This document shows positions 14,289 to 27,195 of a stretch of DNA of 64,000 nucleotides, in pieces. Origin of the DNA: Phoronis australis (lineage: Eukaryota; Animalia; Phoronida); assembly GCA_002633005.1 (NCBI GenBank), contig NMRA01000275.1, positions 11,908-75,907 on the forward strand, written 5' to 3'. Below the pieces are notes generated by a model that was not told where the DNA came from, made no database searches, and saw only the letters and a list, made by a program, of their open reading frames with translations. How positions within the stretch are numbered: position 1 is the stretch's first letter; every line of letters begins with the position of its first letter. A program made the position numbers and the translations under genes.

Positions 14289-15075
14289 TACCGTATTCAC
14301 CATAATACTGAAGCACCCATGCCCCCATAAGCGCCCCCACACGTTTTCAGACTTTGCTAAAATAAGCGTACAGCCCACGAACGTGTATACATGCAATAAA
14401 TGCCTTACCTACAGTTCTAAAATTCTACAGTAACGTCTTCAATTTATCAATAATATCCGACAGTCCAGAAAAAATCATTGTGGGCGGAATTTCTAAACCA
14501 CAAGCCTCGCTGCTATGTCGACAATTAGCCATGACAGACTTAAAATTTCCGCAGTGCTTCAAAAAGAACGCAAAAGTTTTGCTGATCTTGCGAGGAGCGT
14601 ATCCCATTCTGGTCGGGCCTTTCAGAACAGACGCAGCGTACTTGTGAACGGGATTGTATTATATCTTTCATGTACAGATCGTATCCCTCAATAGGAATCC
14701 AGATTTCTTTGTACACACGAAAACCGCGAATCGAAGACTAATAAAACTTGACCAGTGTTGAAGCACGTGGCCAAGAAGCACGCACTACATACATGTAGGC
14801 CTGCTTAACTCTTGGCACATGAACTCTGATGACATGCACGCGCACGATAACTCGCCACACACTTGCAACTTCAAAACAAACTTCACGTGACGACACATGT
14901 GTGTTTGTTCAGATTTTTCTCCTGTTGCGAGGTGCGATCTAGGGCAGATTTGGACTTAGTCTGCGGTTAATCCCAACTCCAACCAGGTTTCAACCACTTT
15001 AGGTTACAATAAGCGCCCCACTTCCGAAATGAATTTTTCTAAGCGCCCTGGGTGCTTATTAGGGCGAATACGGTA
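14289..15075. mobile_element. Non-autonomous TA-flanked DNA transposon carrying a decayed HIRAN-like ORF (- strand, ~14425-14740)
   Basis: TIRs TACCGTATTCACCATAATA / TATTAGGGCGAATACGGTA. Internal peptide NPVHKYAASV..GYAPRKISKTFAFFLKH.G...GLEIP..MIFSG..IIDKLKTLL. Confidence 0.75.
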
Positions 15076-15204
15076 GTAAAAAATAGTCTCAATAAATACT
15101 GCAATAATTTCAGGCAATTTTCACATGGAAATGGCACCTTAATGTAGAATAGAATAGAATAGAATGTGCTTCATTCCAGACTTACATTTGTCCATAATAG
15201 CTAT

Positions 15205-17378
15205 TACCGTAATCGTTCGGGTTAACGCCCATGCTCAGTTAACCGCCCATCCCCGACTTTAAGTGGATTTTCGATTTAACCGCCCACTGCTCGGTTAACC
15301 GCCCCCCTGCGATTTTTGAAGATTTCCAGTTAAGCGCCCACCTTTGGTTAAGCGCCCATCCCTGACTTTTAAAGAATGAAGATTTGGCGCCTAGTGCTAA
15401 GGAAACGCGCGATTCCCCGACTTTTGGAAAAAGATCGATGATCACAATGAGTGCAACAACGCCGGGACTACCGAGACGGTGGTTTAGCAATCTGAATTAC
15501 AATAGAGGTCACGAGTTATTGTCTTGGGTCATGAACACACTTCAAAATATAATACTTGAACCTTTTTGTCTCTTTATTTTCTTCCGTTGTTTGCAAAGTT
15601 TAAGAACGCCGCCGCCGTCAAAACCTCCGCTTTCAGCGACTTTGTCTGCTGCGCTGAGTTTCCGTCTGCAGTGCACTAAATAAAACATATATTCGAAAAA
15701 ATCAGGCCAGAAAAATGTGACAATGGTTTTGCCAATCCTCCAAATTCTATTAAGGTGGGAAGCTCTCGTAATTTGAACAAATCTCACAACTCACGGAAAG
15801 ATGTCAAATTCTGAATATTTTGATGAATATAACTGCCGGGTTATAGAGGATGTGGGGCGACCGAAGGGACAGTACAAGTTCCTTACTGGGTTACCGATTT
15901 CGTTGCTGCCTGTCGATATCTGAATTCAAACGTTGGCAATAATGTATGTTTGTGTATGATCTTGAAGTAATAAAAAACGGCTAGTCAAATTTTGTTTTTA
16001 GCTTATTGCATCTCAGTCAAACTGGTTAGCAGATTTAACTAATGTCGCTGGCTGTTCTTTACTATTCTTGCGTCAGCCTGCACGTAAGCGTGATTGTGTG
16101 AATTATCGTTTCCACATCCCCTTTTTAGCCATCCAGAATAATTTTGTTTATACATTGGCCATTTTCAGCCCGAACAAAAATTCTTACCATTCGAGTCTGA
16201 AATATCTACGACGTAGACTGCTTGACGATAGTGGGTAGGAGATTCACACAGCTAGTTACAGGGATGGGCTTAGGGAGCATCGAGCCGGGAAATANNNNNN
16301 NNNNNNNNNNNNNNNNNNNNNNNNNNNNNNNNNNNNNNNNNNNNNNNNNNNNNNNNNNNNNNNNNNNNNNNNNNNNNNNNNNNNNNNNNNNNNNNNNNNN
16401 NNNNNNNNNNNNNNNNNNNNNNNNNNNNNNNNNNNNNNNNNNNNNNNNNNNNNNNNNNNNNNNNNNNNNNNNNNNNNNNNNNNNNNNNNNNNNNNNNNNN
16501 NNNNNNNNNNNNNNNNNNNNNNNNNNNNNNNNNNNNNNNNNNNNNNNNNNNNNNNNNNNNNNNNNNNNNNNNNNNNNNNNNNNNNNNNNNNNNNNNNNNN
16601 NNNNNNNNNNNNNNNNNNNNNNNNNNNNNNNNNNNNNNNNNNNNNNNNNNNNNNNNNNNNNNNNNNNNNNNNNNNNNNNNNNNNNNNNNNNNNNNNNNNN
16701 NNNNNNNNNNNNNNNNNNNNNNNNNNNNNNNNNNNNNNNNNNNNNNNNNNNNNNNNNNNNNNNNNNNNNNNNNNNNNNNNNNNNNNNNNNNNNNNNNNNN
16801 NNNNNNNNNNNNNNNNNNNNNNNNNNNNNNNNNNNNNNNNNNNNNNNNNNNNNNNNNNNNNNNNNNNNNNNNNNNNNNNNNNNNNNNNNNNNNNNNNNNN
16901 NNNNNNNNNNNNNNNNNNNNNNNNNNNNNNNNNNNNNNNNNNNNNNNNNNNNNNNNNNNNNNNNNNNNNNNNNNNNNNNNNNNNNNNNNNNNNNNNNNNN
17001 NNNNNNNNNNNNNNNNNNNNNNNNNNNNNNNNNNNNNNNNNNNNNNNNNNNNNNNNNNNNNNNNNNNNNNNNNNNNNNNNNNNNNNNNNNNNNNNNNNNN
17101 NNNNNNNNNNNNTCATTTGGCGACGTGACGATAAAGCTCTTTGAAAAGGGCTACGCGTTCCGAGTATGATTGTCGTGTCGGGATTTAGATCGCCAGGTAA
17201 GATTAACCGCCCAGGGCGGTTGTCTGTCGTAATAAGCGCCCATGTTCGGTTAACCGCCCATCCCCTACTTTAGGTGGATTTTCGATTTAACCGCCCACTG
17301 CTCGGTTAACCGCCCTCCCCCGATTTTTTGAAGTCGCCAATTTAACCGCCCAGGGCGTTAACCCGAACTATTACGGTA
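15205..17378. mobile_element. TA-flanked DNA transposon with TTAACCGCCCA subterminal repeats; spans the assembly gap
   Basis: TIRs TACCGTAATCGTTCGGGTTAACGCCC / GGGCGTTAACCCGAACTATTACGGTA. The block 15228-15340 is repeated directly at 17240-17352. Confidence 0.85.
16295..17112. other. Assembly gap (N run)
   Basis: Run of n characters. The two X-filled ORFs are artefacts. Confidence 1.
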
Positions 17379-17907
17379 ATACAATAATGAACTACATTAA
17401 TGATGACTATATATCCTAACACCTAAGAGAATTAAACTCTAGAAACCAAACATCTGAGAAAAAATAAACTAAAGGTAGCATGAATAAAATGATCGTAATC
17501 AATACAAATGAATGCAGGATTTGAAACAAATATCGGAGTGTACTCATCTCTCATGTGTCAATGACTATCAGTCAAGAGAGAATAAAACAAACACCTAGAT
17601 GCTTTCATCTTTCCATGGACAACAAGAGTGTTAAATCAGTTTTTGGCCACAGTAAGAATAAAAACCAGACAAATAAAAAAGTTCATGTTCAATCAACGTT
17701 CCTCTATTCATTAGACATCATCAGGATCATAATTACACAAAGACAGCAAGTGCCTACATACAGCTCGGGTAACATCCATAAAGTGAAGCGAGATACAGGG
17801 AGTATAGTCAGTAGCTGGTCATCAACATAGTTGTAGGGTCACTGATCTCTGCATATTATTCAGAGAATCAGTGGCATGCTGGTTCTAAATGGCCAATGAC
17901 TCATTAA

Positions 17908-20197
17908 AAGGTTCTATTGCCCGGTTGCATGAAACAGTCCCCAAAGGTTTGGACTGTCCTTAAGTCTTGGGGACGTCCCTAAATTTTAGGGACTGTTGCA
18001 TGAAAAGTTCCCAGTTAGTTTAGGCATTAAACAGGGACTCAACTTTTGGGGTTATCGAAAGTAAGTCCCTAAGTTGAGTCCCTAGCAATAAAATGGATGA
18101 TCAAGCTCATATTGCTATTGAAAAAAGAATTTTCTTAGACAGAACTAACCCGCTCGAGATGTTTAGCGACAGTACTGTTAACCTAAACGAAAGATTTAGA
18201 TTTTCAAGGGCTGTTTTTTTCATGATAGTTAGAGAGCTTGAAGAGAAGCTGGAGTTGTCGAACAGGTTCTCACCCACTTTACAGGTAAGTAGTTCCATCA
18301 TAAACTGAATTTATCAATTACTAGTGCCATGACTTACCCCACGTCTCACTTAATTCCCCGAGCAGACGATTTTAACAGCGCATTGGGAAGTGTGGCGACT
18401 CCTACCGGAGATTCTGGTATTCTAACCAGCTCGCTGCTTTTTTAATTTACATTAGCATGGGTGGTCACAATCGATCGTCTGCTCTCTCAACAGCAGTAGA
18501 AACTCGAATTCTCAGATAATGCACATTGAGTGTGCACTCTACTCAAACAGTCATTCAAAAGGTGGAACAGAGGACATAAATGTGGCAGGTATTCTCTCGT
18601 TGACAGTAATTTTTGCCATATTAAGCGGCCTTAGCCACGGCAATCATCGGGAACTTACTTCGAATTTAGGGTGCTCCCAATAAGGACCGAGTGTCAGACC
18701 ACTTCATGCAATAGTCCTTAAACAAAATTCTTATAGGGACTTCCCTAAGTAGTTTGATGCAACCGGGCACTGAAGTACAATAACATGCATTTCTAATGTA
18801 ATTTAATTGATGAATAAATTCTATATCATAAATCACATCTTTGATTATCTTTCACAATTTTGTAAAAAAGCGTTTTTCCAATGTTAATTCCTATTGGCTA
18901 ACACGCATCTGACGTCACTGAGGCTGTACCGTGGGTGAAAGCAATATGGTAAATCAAGCTTATTATGTATATAGCTCATTGGGTTAATGTATCTCGGCTA
19001 CAGAACTGTGGTCTGCGATCTCAGTTCTCAAAAGTTCGTAATACAAGTTTACTGCCATGTAGTGTTGACTATTAGTGGAACGATGCCGTTCTCGGAACAG
19101 GCCAGGAAAGGGCCCCGACTGCGTAGCCTTGCCTTCGTGCAAGCTGTATAGTAATACTTACAGCGGCCGTTGCACCGACGTGGGTAAAAATTGATCAAAT
19201 AAAATCTAACACAAAATTAGTGTCAATAAAAATTACACTCTTCCTTGAGTAAACTAAATTATTGACTGGTGTTGAAAAATTGGTGTTCTGCCGTTCACTC
19301 TGCTGCTAAAATTTGGGTGCGCTCTTTAAGGTCTGCTTTCGGTGCCTTCACCTGTTGCCTTATTGGCCAGTTTCATTCCCAGAGTTGTTCTTCTTCCAAG
19401 CGATCGAACTGTTCTTCGAATTTCTGTACATGTCAAAACAAATTACTAGAACTGATTTCATTTCCTTACAAGTTTTTAGTATTTTAATACCAGGAAACCG
19501 AATTTCATAAAAAAATTTGCTACTGCGAAGCTGTCATCATTTCCAGACAGATGTCGCAAAATTTTAGGAAATAGTGTGTGTTGAGCATACTGTTTTCTTT
19601 GTTACAAAAGGCTGAGAGTTATGAAATAAAATAATGTTTACTAGATTGTTTTTCACTTACATGGCTCCAGCGGGCAAGGTGAGTGTCGGTTCACACCCAG
19701 ATATTTGCATGCTCCCCTGCCGGTTTAGAGCTCTACATGTTGATACAAGTTTCGCGACGAGGTGACGAGCAGAACTATCCGGGCTATGTGAAATTTCGGA
19801 GTCTAACGGAGCTCAACACACAGTGCTACTGGTACCTAGTTGTATTTTGAAGATTATAAGTCTTCACACAGCTAGGTGGCTGGCTAGGCCTGGGTATGAA
19901 TCAAAGTCAGAGGAAAGAAAAACGAAAAAGGTCATGAGTATGCACATGTTCATCTGTCAACTGGACTAACGTACTCGCACAGCTAATGACCTATATCTCT
20001 TTGTGCTGTACAGCCTCAGTGACGTCGCGAAAAACAGCTCTTGCAGTACATGGAGCTTTATGGAACTAAAAATTTTTTACTTTTCAAAGTGAAAAAGAAA
20101 AACACTGTGCACTATTTAGGAATATGTGGATGCTAGTAACCAACCTTCATACTTTCAAAATTCATATTAAAAGGCCGAAATATGTAGTTCAGGCCTC
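17908..20197. mobile_element. Kolobok-like non-autonomous element inserted into the Penelope 3' end
   Basis: Follows TTAA. The left end AAGG..(C)TGAAGTACA (split by the Harbinger) mirrors the right end TGTAGTTCAGGCCT. Subterminal inverted repeat GACGTCACTGAGGCTGTAC (~18911) / GTACAGCCTCAGTGACGTC (~20008). Removing it rejoins the Penelope sequence as seen at 46215-46235. Confidence 0.6.
17918..18769 (+). mobile_element. PIF/Harbinger deletion derivative with a transposase N-terminal fragment (18093-18308)
   Basis: TIRs TGCCCGGTTGCATGAAAC / GTTTGATGCAACCGGGCA. Peptide RIFLDRTNPLEMFSD...ERFRFSR...FSPTLQV resembles the HARBI1-type N-terminus. Confidence 0.82.
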
Positions 20198-21321
20198 TTT
20201 TGATGTACAGTAATTCCTTATTAGGTTCTCTGAAGATAATGCTAAATGAACTGGCCTGGTGATTGTTGCTAACACAATGCCTATATATGTTGCTTTTCTC
20301 TCGAGAGGTTTGATGTTCTTTCAGCCTGTCACAGAGGCGTCTCTGTGTGAGTCTGACATAGAATTCCTTATAGTTGTCACATTCAACATTATAAACAACA
20401 TTGGTCTTAATCAAGAAAGGGATGGGTGACTTTAGTTAACACAGCATATTGGAAAGTTTCCAAAGAGGTTTGAAAACAACAATCAGTTCAACAGCTGGGT
20501 CTTAATGCACTGAATAAGGCGAGACTAATTGACGTTTCAATTTAATTTATACTTTAACTTGGCCCGGTGTTAGCCAAGGGAAAAGAAAACTTTCTTTTTC
20601 TCGGGTCCAGTAACAGCTACCTTATCTGCCTCATTCATTTTTGAAAGGAAGTGCCTTTTACAGCTATTAAAAAAATTCAGAGGGTAACCATTGGCACGCA
20701 ATAATTGGAAAATCCTAGCTACGTCACTATCAAAATTTAAATTCGTGGAACAAATTCTCCAGGCACAGTGTAACAAGCAATTGACTACATCTTTCATGTA
20801 TTGGATCGGCACAAAACTATCAAATTTAAGATAAAGCCCACAAAAACTGGGCTTAGGATACACAGATGTAACAACTGTAATATTCTCATGTTTAACAAAG
20901 ACATCTCAGAGAAAAGCAACATATATAGGCATTGTGTTACCAACAATCATCAAGCCAATTAATTCAGTTAGCATTATCTGCAGAGAACCTAATAAGGAAT
21001 TACTGTACAGTTAAAGAGTCATTGGCTATTCAGAACCAGCATGCTACTGATTCCCTGAACAACATGCAGAGCTTAGTGACTCTGCAACTATGGTGATGAC
21101 CAGCTACTGGCTATATTCCCTGTATCTCTCATTTCACTTTATGCATGTTATCTGAGCTGTATGCTGTACTCTGTAAATATGATCCCGATGATGTCTAATG
21201 AATAGACGAAATGTTGACTGAACATGAACTTTTTTATTTGTGCGGCAATCGTCTAGTTTTCAGTCTAACAAGAGTGTGTTTGTAAACTATATGAATTTAA
21301 TAAAACAGTTCATATAGTTAC

Positions 21322-21524
21322 CTAAATCGCCTATGTCCACCTGCAAAAGTGCAGTTATTGGTTCCATATTCCAAAATGGCAGCTTTGACGTAGGTCATCA
21401 ACACAATGGAGCGGAGATACGTGCTAACTCGAGACAAAATGGCTGTGGGTACAGTGTGAGTTAACTGGTATGTAAACTTCACCTCTGTTTCATTCAAAGC
21501 AGGATTTGCTGGCCAAAAGTTTGT
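21322..21524 (-). pseudogene. Exon (phase 0 to 2), open: TNFWPANPALNETEVKF...NNCTFAGGHRRFR
   Basis: aattttcag acceptor, ag|gtaact donor, 203 nt, no stop. Phase matches the upstream exon 25586-25467. N-glycosylation sequons NET and NCT. Confidence 0.65.
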
Positions 21525-21633
21525 CTGAAAATTAATCAATAACAAAGATCCTTGTACAATAGAAACATTAATTTGCTATGAATACTTGAAGACCTGTTCT
21601 AAGTCCATTCTAGAGCTTCAAAAACAAATCATT

Positions 21634-23348
21634 AACAAAAGCAACGCGGAGCGTTGAAATGCGCCCATGAATGCATCGCAAACGGTGTGCTTTTAGGGTT
21701 GTTTATTTATGTCATAAAAATGGCCACTAGATGGCGCAAAAATGTACAATCCATCCGAAAATAGGAACATGTCATATTTTCTTTAATAGAAAGCTATTCA
21801 CCAGATTTCATAGAAATTTGTAACGGTACTTCAGAGAAACAAAGGAAAACAGAATAAAATGAAATTGCCACTAGGGTGTACAGTGTTCATTGGATCCGCC
21901 TGAAAGTCGTCATCGCCTGTTGTTAGCCTCATATAAATACACATACCAAATTTAATACAGATCCAGCAGTGGGTTTAGGAGATACAGCTATGGGCGCAAA
22001 ACAAAACAAAACTGCCATTGGAGGTGCCACAGTAGTCAAAGTTGTCGTCGTCAACCATCCTCTTCACACACAGAACATTAAAAAAATTTTCAAAACCATC
22101 CTAAGAATGATTTGGTTGATAACGGGGTGAACACCAAAAAACAGACTCAAAAACAGCAAAAATTGCCACTAGGTGGCGCAAAATACCTCGATTCCATCCA
22201 AAAACGGGAGGATAGTGTCGTCTCACCAATAGATGCCAGTATTCAAAATTTTATGAAAATCCGTTGAGGACCTTTCAAGATACAGAGGTAAACATAAAAT
22301 CTAAAATTGCCACCAAAAGTCGTCATTGTTCTTTGTCAATATCATATAAATACACTTGTTAAATTTAGCAAAGATCCTGCAAACAGTTTAAGAGATACAG
22401 CCATGGGCGCAAAAATAAACAAAACTGCCACTAGGAGGCACCACAGTAACTGAAGTAATCGGAAAGTCATCGTCAGCCGTTCACTTCGTAGTAAAAACAT
22501 ACATACCAATTATCTTGAAAGCGGTTTGGTTAATAGAGTGGATGCCAAAAAACAGACTCGAAAACTGTAAAAATGGCCACTAGTTGGTGCAAACTAAGTC
22601 GAATTCATCTGAAAACGGAACGATAGAGTCACCACACTAACAGAAGCCTGTAAGACAAATTTTTTGAAAATGCGTCGAGGATCTTTGAAGATACAGAGGT
22701 TAATGTAAAAAAAATAAAGTTGCCACCAGGGGCACACCTGTTATCAAATCCTTCCGAAAGTCGTCATCATCCTTTGTCAACATAATATAAATGCACTTAC
22801 TACATTCAGTAAAGATCCTGCAAACTGTTTAGGAGATACAGCCATAGGCCCAAAAAAACAAAAATCCCAGTAGGAGGCACCACAGTCGTCGCAATCGGCA
22901 GAAAATCATTGTCAGCCATCCTCTTCATAGTAAGAACATACATGCAAACTTCCACAATCATCCTTAGAGCGGTTTGGTTTATAGAGGGGTGGACGCCTAA
23001 AAACAGACTCGAAAACAGTAAAAATGGTCACTAGGTGGCGCAAATTATGTCGAATCTATCCAAAAACGGAAGGATATCATCCTGTCACTAATAGATGCCA
23101 ATATACTAAATTTTGTGAAAATATGTTGAGGACCTTTGAAGATATAGAGGTTAACGTAAAAAATTAAAATTGCCACTGAGGGGCACACCGGTAGTCGGAT
23201 CCGTTGGAAAGTTCGCTCATTCTGTCCCATCTATGAAAGGAACACATGTGCAAAATTTCATCAACATACGTCAAACGATTTTGGACGGATGGACAGACGG
23301 AGATGACAGCATAATGCGTCCACATATAATTATGTGGGCGTATGAAAA
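21634..23348 (+). mobile_element. Helentron/Helitron-associated non-autonomous element (HINE/DINE/pearl-type) with an internal tandem array
   Basis: 5' hairpin CAACGCGGAGCGTTG. ~415-440-bp higher-order units (GATACAGCCATGGGCGCAAAA near 21980, 22394, 22835) built from GCCACTAG-containing subunits. GGAC/GGAT microsatellite at 23283-23300. 3' hairpin TGCGTCCACATA-TAAT-TATGTGGGCGTA. Confidence 0.75.
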
Positions 23349-24461
23349 GTTGAATTTTGACTCAGACAGATTTACACAGCAAATACACAACACTAAGGTA
23401 ACTTTTTTGCCCAGTTCACATAACTCTTTGCTCATGTTTTGAAAATAAAAAACCCTTCTCTTCTGTCCACGTATCCACCGAATTCAAAAACCACTGAAAA
23501 AAAACAACTTTTTGAAAATATACGAACACATTTTGTTTAAGGATACAACTTCTGTTCACAAGAAAGTATCTACTGAATTCAACAATGAAAAATCCAAACT
23601 TCTGAAAATGCTCTACAGAGTGGGATTTGATATCTTTTCTTTTACACATATAGCTTCTACCCACAAACAAAAATGCACGCTTGTGGAAACACTGACACGT
23701 TGGTTCTACTAGTACATCTCTGTGGACTGGCAAAAATGCAACTTCTTCAAAATGCCGACGTCACCTTTGTACAACCACATTTGTGAGGATGGAAAGCTTT
23801 GAATCTACTTCATATTGTATTGGCATATTCATGTGGCTGGAGAATTTAACAAAAATCATACAAAAACAGAGAACTTGTTCAAATCAAAAGTTACAATTTC
23901 AAATGAGTTATGTGGGCAGTCTTAGAGATGGCACTAAAACACTTAAAAATAGCCAAAACCATTTTTCATGAAACCCCATGAAAAATTGGAATTCTTAGCA
24001 TAGCGAAAAAACTCAATGGTACCATAGTAAAGTCTTTTAGAGGTCAAATAGTTGAATTTTGTGTCTAGTATATAGCTAACCCTTTACAAACAATACAAAT
24101 GAAGTCATGGTAACAGTATTTAAGGTCAAGTTACATGTACGTAAAGACTGAAACATTATACTTTTATGTTTAAAATTAAAATTTAAAAGGTGACAATATG
24201 CATGCCATAATTGTAAAAAGACTTCTGATTCAAGTAATGTACCAATGGGTAGTTGGAAATGGTCATTTTGGAGCCAGAAAGTCCCAGAGAGGAGTATAAG
24301 TCCTAACTGGTACATTATATCTCTTATTGCCTAGAAAAGACAACATTTGGATTACAATCATATTATGTGGGTCTAGCGAATACAAAAGTGGACTTGCCTT
24401 GTTCATCTACAATACAGTAATTGTGATTCAAGCATCCCTCTGCAACACTATTTGGTATTGT

Positions 24462-25452
24462 GAAACAAAAGCAAAGCACGGCCTTGACAAGTTTCCAAAA
24501 AGTGCATTGTGTTCAATTCGGAACATTTTGATGCATTAGTCGTAAACACCAGTGAACCTACAATGGGTCTATAGGTAGCAGTGCCAGTCATCCAAAAATG
24601 AGCAAATGGAATTGTGGTAAATATGATCCCATAAAGAAAACTCCAAGAGCAACATGGAACATTAGGGAGGTGGATGACAAAGAAGACAAAAAACAATAAA
24701 ATGGCCACTTAAGGGGTGCAATGTAGGTGAAGTCCGTATGAAACATGTTAGACGCTGTCATCTAGTACGTAAAAACAACTAATTTCCCATATTTCTTTCA
24801 TGGAACTTGACAGATAACAAGGCAAATGCAAAGAACAACAATACTGTCTCCAGGGTACTCCATAGTAGGCGAATTTGTCTAAAAAATCCACATTGCTTGA
24901 CTGTACTTTTCTCAATAAAAACGCATACACATTTCATGAAGATCCATGAAGGTGCGTGGTAGAAATTGAGCCACAGGGAAATAGCAAATTTCACACTAGA
25001 AGATGCTACATCTATTAGACAAGTCCAAAAATCATCGTCAGACATGCACTTCACAGACAGAACACAATTCATAATAATGAACCTTGTGAGATGGACAATT
25101 AGTAAAAACAGCCACTGGGTGGTGCAGAATACACCAGTCATCCAAAAACTGGAAAAGCATTGTCGTCTCCTTCATATATAGATACTTATGTGTCAAATCT
25201 ATCAAGGAACTCTGAAGATACAGAACAGAACATAAAAAACTAAAATTGCATCTAGGGTGATGCAGCAGTTGTCGCATCCGTTCAAATGTCTTCATCATCC
25301 ATTGTCTCATTCATACACATGCCAAATTTTACAGCACTCATGCAACAAGTTTAAGAGACAACAACCCAAATGGCAACCAGCTGAACAGACATCTGGGAAG
25401 AGATGACGACAATAAACGACAACATATTATACATATCTGGGCGTCTAAAAAA
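24462..25452 (+). mobile_element. Older degenerate element of the same HINE-like type
   Basis: Starts AACAAAAGCAA like 21634, has AAAATGGCCACT subunits, and ends GAGATGAC...TGGGCGTCTAAAAA like 23300-23348. Confidence 0.5.
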
Positions 25453-25466
25453 TGTACAGTTCCTAC

Positions 25467-25586
25467 CGAAGTCTTCTGGTCACCTATGCTTGCACTATCT
25501 GGGCTGGAGATCAATGTGTTAACAGACTTGAAAAACGCCATCAACAAAATACCAATTATCACCAGAGTGATAGCTAAGGCAGTCCC
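25467..25586 (-). pseudogene. Transmembrane-encoding exon GTALAITLVIIGILLMAFFKSVNTLISSPDSASIGDQKTS
   Basis: Strong acceptor ccttttctttgcag, donor gtagga, 120 nt, phase 0-0, open, ~19-aa hydrophobic stretch. Confidence 0.65.
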
Positions 25587-26054
25587 CTGCAAAGAAAAGG
25601 AAACAATATTGCAGTAAAGAATGTTAAGGTAACTGTGAGTCAACCTTGTTACAAGGTTGTACTAATGGGTAAATATATTAAATTCTGTTCACTCTAACCC
25701 CTACAAAATATGTATTTTCTGAAAGGTGATTAAATTTCCCAACAAAAGTTATTGCTCTTAATATTTACTTTAATGTCTTTATTTTATCACAAGATATATT
25801 TTTGGTAAATTTTTTTGTTAGAACAGATAAAATCAAATTTAAAATAATGTTCCTCTAATCCCACTGGTCTTTTGTCAACACGCTGACAATGGGGAAACGT
25901 ATCTCAGATTTTTGAAATATATCTTTGAATAACATTTTCAAAATCTCTGTTCCAAATTACTCTTTTTTCCAAAATGCATATCTCGCGAAAAAACAAAGAC
26001 AAGTAAATAAGGTTGTTAGCAAAAATTTAGTCACCTGTCAGAAAATTTCGTCAA

Positions 26055-26440
26055 AAACACGACTAGACTTTTTGCTAGCAAGCTTGATAGTGGTACGCTC
26101 GTAGTTTTATGGGCTTCCTACTGTGTGTTGCATTCACACTCTCTACTTGTATGCCCCTCTTCCCGCTGTCACGTGTATTTCACTGTTCGCTACGTATATG
26201 TTCATTCCACTTATTGCCTGATGATGAGACATGCAGTCTCGAAATATAACTAGTGTTTTAATTTGTTTATTTGTTATGTCTCTTGGTGTTTTACTATATA
26301 GCTGCACACCTGAAGAAAGGAGACTGTTCCGAAGCTACGAGGCTACTATCAAGCTTTCAAGCAAAAAGTCTAGTTGTGTTTTTAACAAAGTTTATGTAAA
26401 CGAAGGCCTGCAACCAAACTATACTTCTTTCAGAAAATAA
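26055..26440 (+). mobile_element. Penelope-like terminal fragment (second family) with a short inverted 5' segment
   Basis: 26055-26104 is the imperfect reverse complement of ~26335-26384. The ORF ending CVFNKVYVNEGLQPNYT resembles Penelope ORF N-termini. Contains a hammerhead core. Confidence 0.6.
26210..26255 (+). ncRNA. Minimal hammerhead ribozyme motif
   Basis: CTGATGA-T-GAGAC-ATGCA-GTCTC-GAAA-TATA: catalytic core boxes around a perfect 5-bp stem II. Stems I and III are weak. Confidence 0.6.
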
Positions 26441-27195
26441 TACTTTGTAGGGGAAAGAGCTAAGGGAATTTAAGATATTTGCATATTAAGTACAATCTGG
26501 TAAACAAGATTCACAGTTACCATCAGTAACCTGAGTGGTGGTTGAAGACCTGTTGCGTTTGCTCTCTTGAAGTACAAAATGGTTAAATTACAAAAAGATG
26601 ACATAAGTGAATTAAAACAGAACAACAAACCATGGAGTCTGCTTCATTCTGTTTGCCTAAATTGTATCATGAACTAAAATGCTAAATTTCTAAAGAGTTA
26701 CACAATCTACACAGTAGCAATGACCGCACAATGACACCAAAAATTTTATTGGCATTCTTCTATTTAAAACATGACATCCGCCTGTCAAAGTAAATTTTTA
26801 ATTTTGGCCACCAACCTTACAAGACTGGTTTATTTGTTCCTTTCATATCAGAAGTGATTTCGGGACTTGGAGAAAGCTGGCACATAAAATGATTTCAGAG
26901 GTCAAGGCAACTTGTGTGTCCTATTTTAGCGTGCAGTCAAGTGGCGTTCTTCAAATTGTCGGAATAACAATTTTTAATGTGAAATGTCCAGTCACAACGC
27001 GCCATTTCCTAAAATTTTGAGAAGTTTTTCGAGAGATGACAGCTTCGCAGCTGCAAGGTTAGCTTTAAAACTTGGTTTGAAATCTGGGGAAAAAACAGGT
27101 CAAGGTCAGGTGACGTAATCACCAAAAGCCGACTCAAACGAATGCATCACAATTTTAAATGATGCTATATCTTCCAACACCAGTAAAAAAGTTAC

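Larger units (their letters stand above)
17660..21250 (-). mobile_element. Penelope-like retroelement fragment (RT C-terminus + GIY-YIG endonuclease) with inverted terminal repeat, interrupted by nested DNA transposons
   Basis: YPKPSFCGLYLKFDSFVP..LLHCAWRICS..LRANGYP (20570-20863) and NVVYNVECDNYKEFYVRLTQRRLCDRLKEH (20200-20414). 17660-17907 is the reverse complement of 21010-21245. Confidence 0.88.

Noticed and set aside
16222-17169. The two longest ORFs in the track (315 aa, 286 aa)
   Set aside because: They consist of X residues from the N gap.
26308-26338. CTGAAGA...CGAAG as another hammerhead
   Set aside because: Lacks GAAA and a clean stem II, and lies within the ORF.
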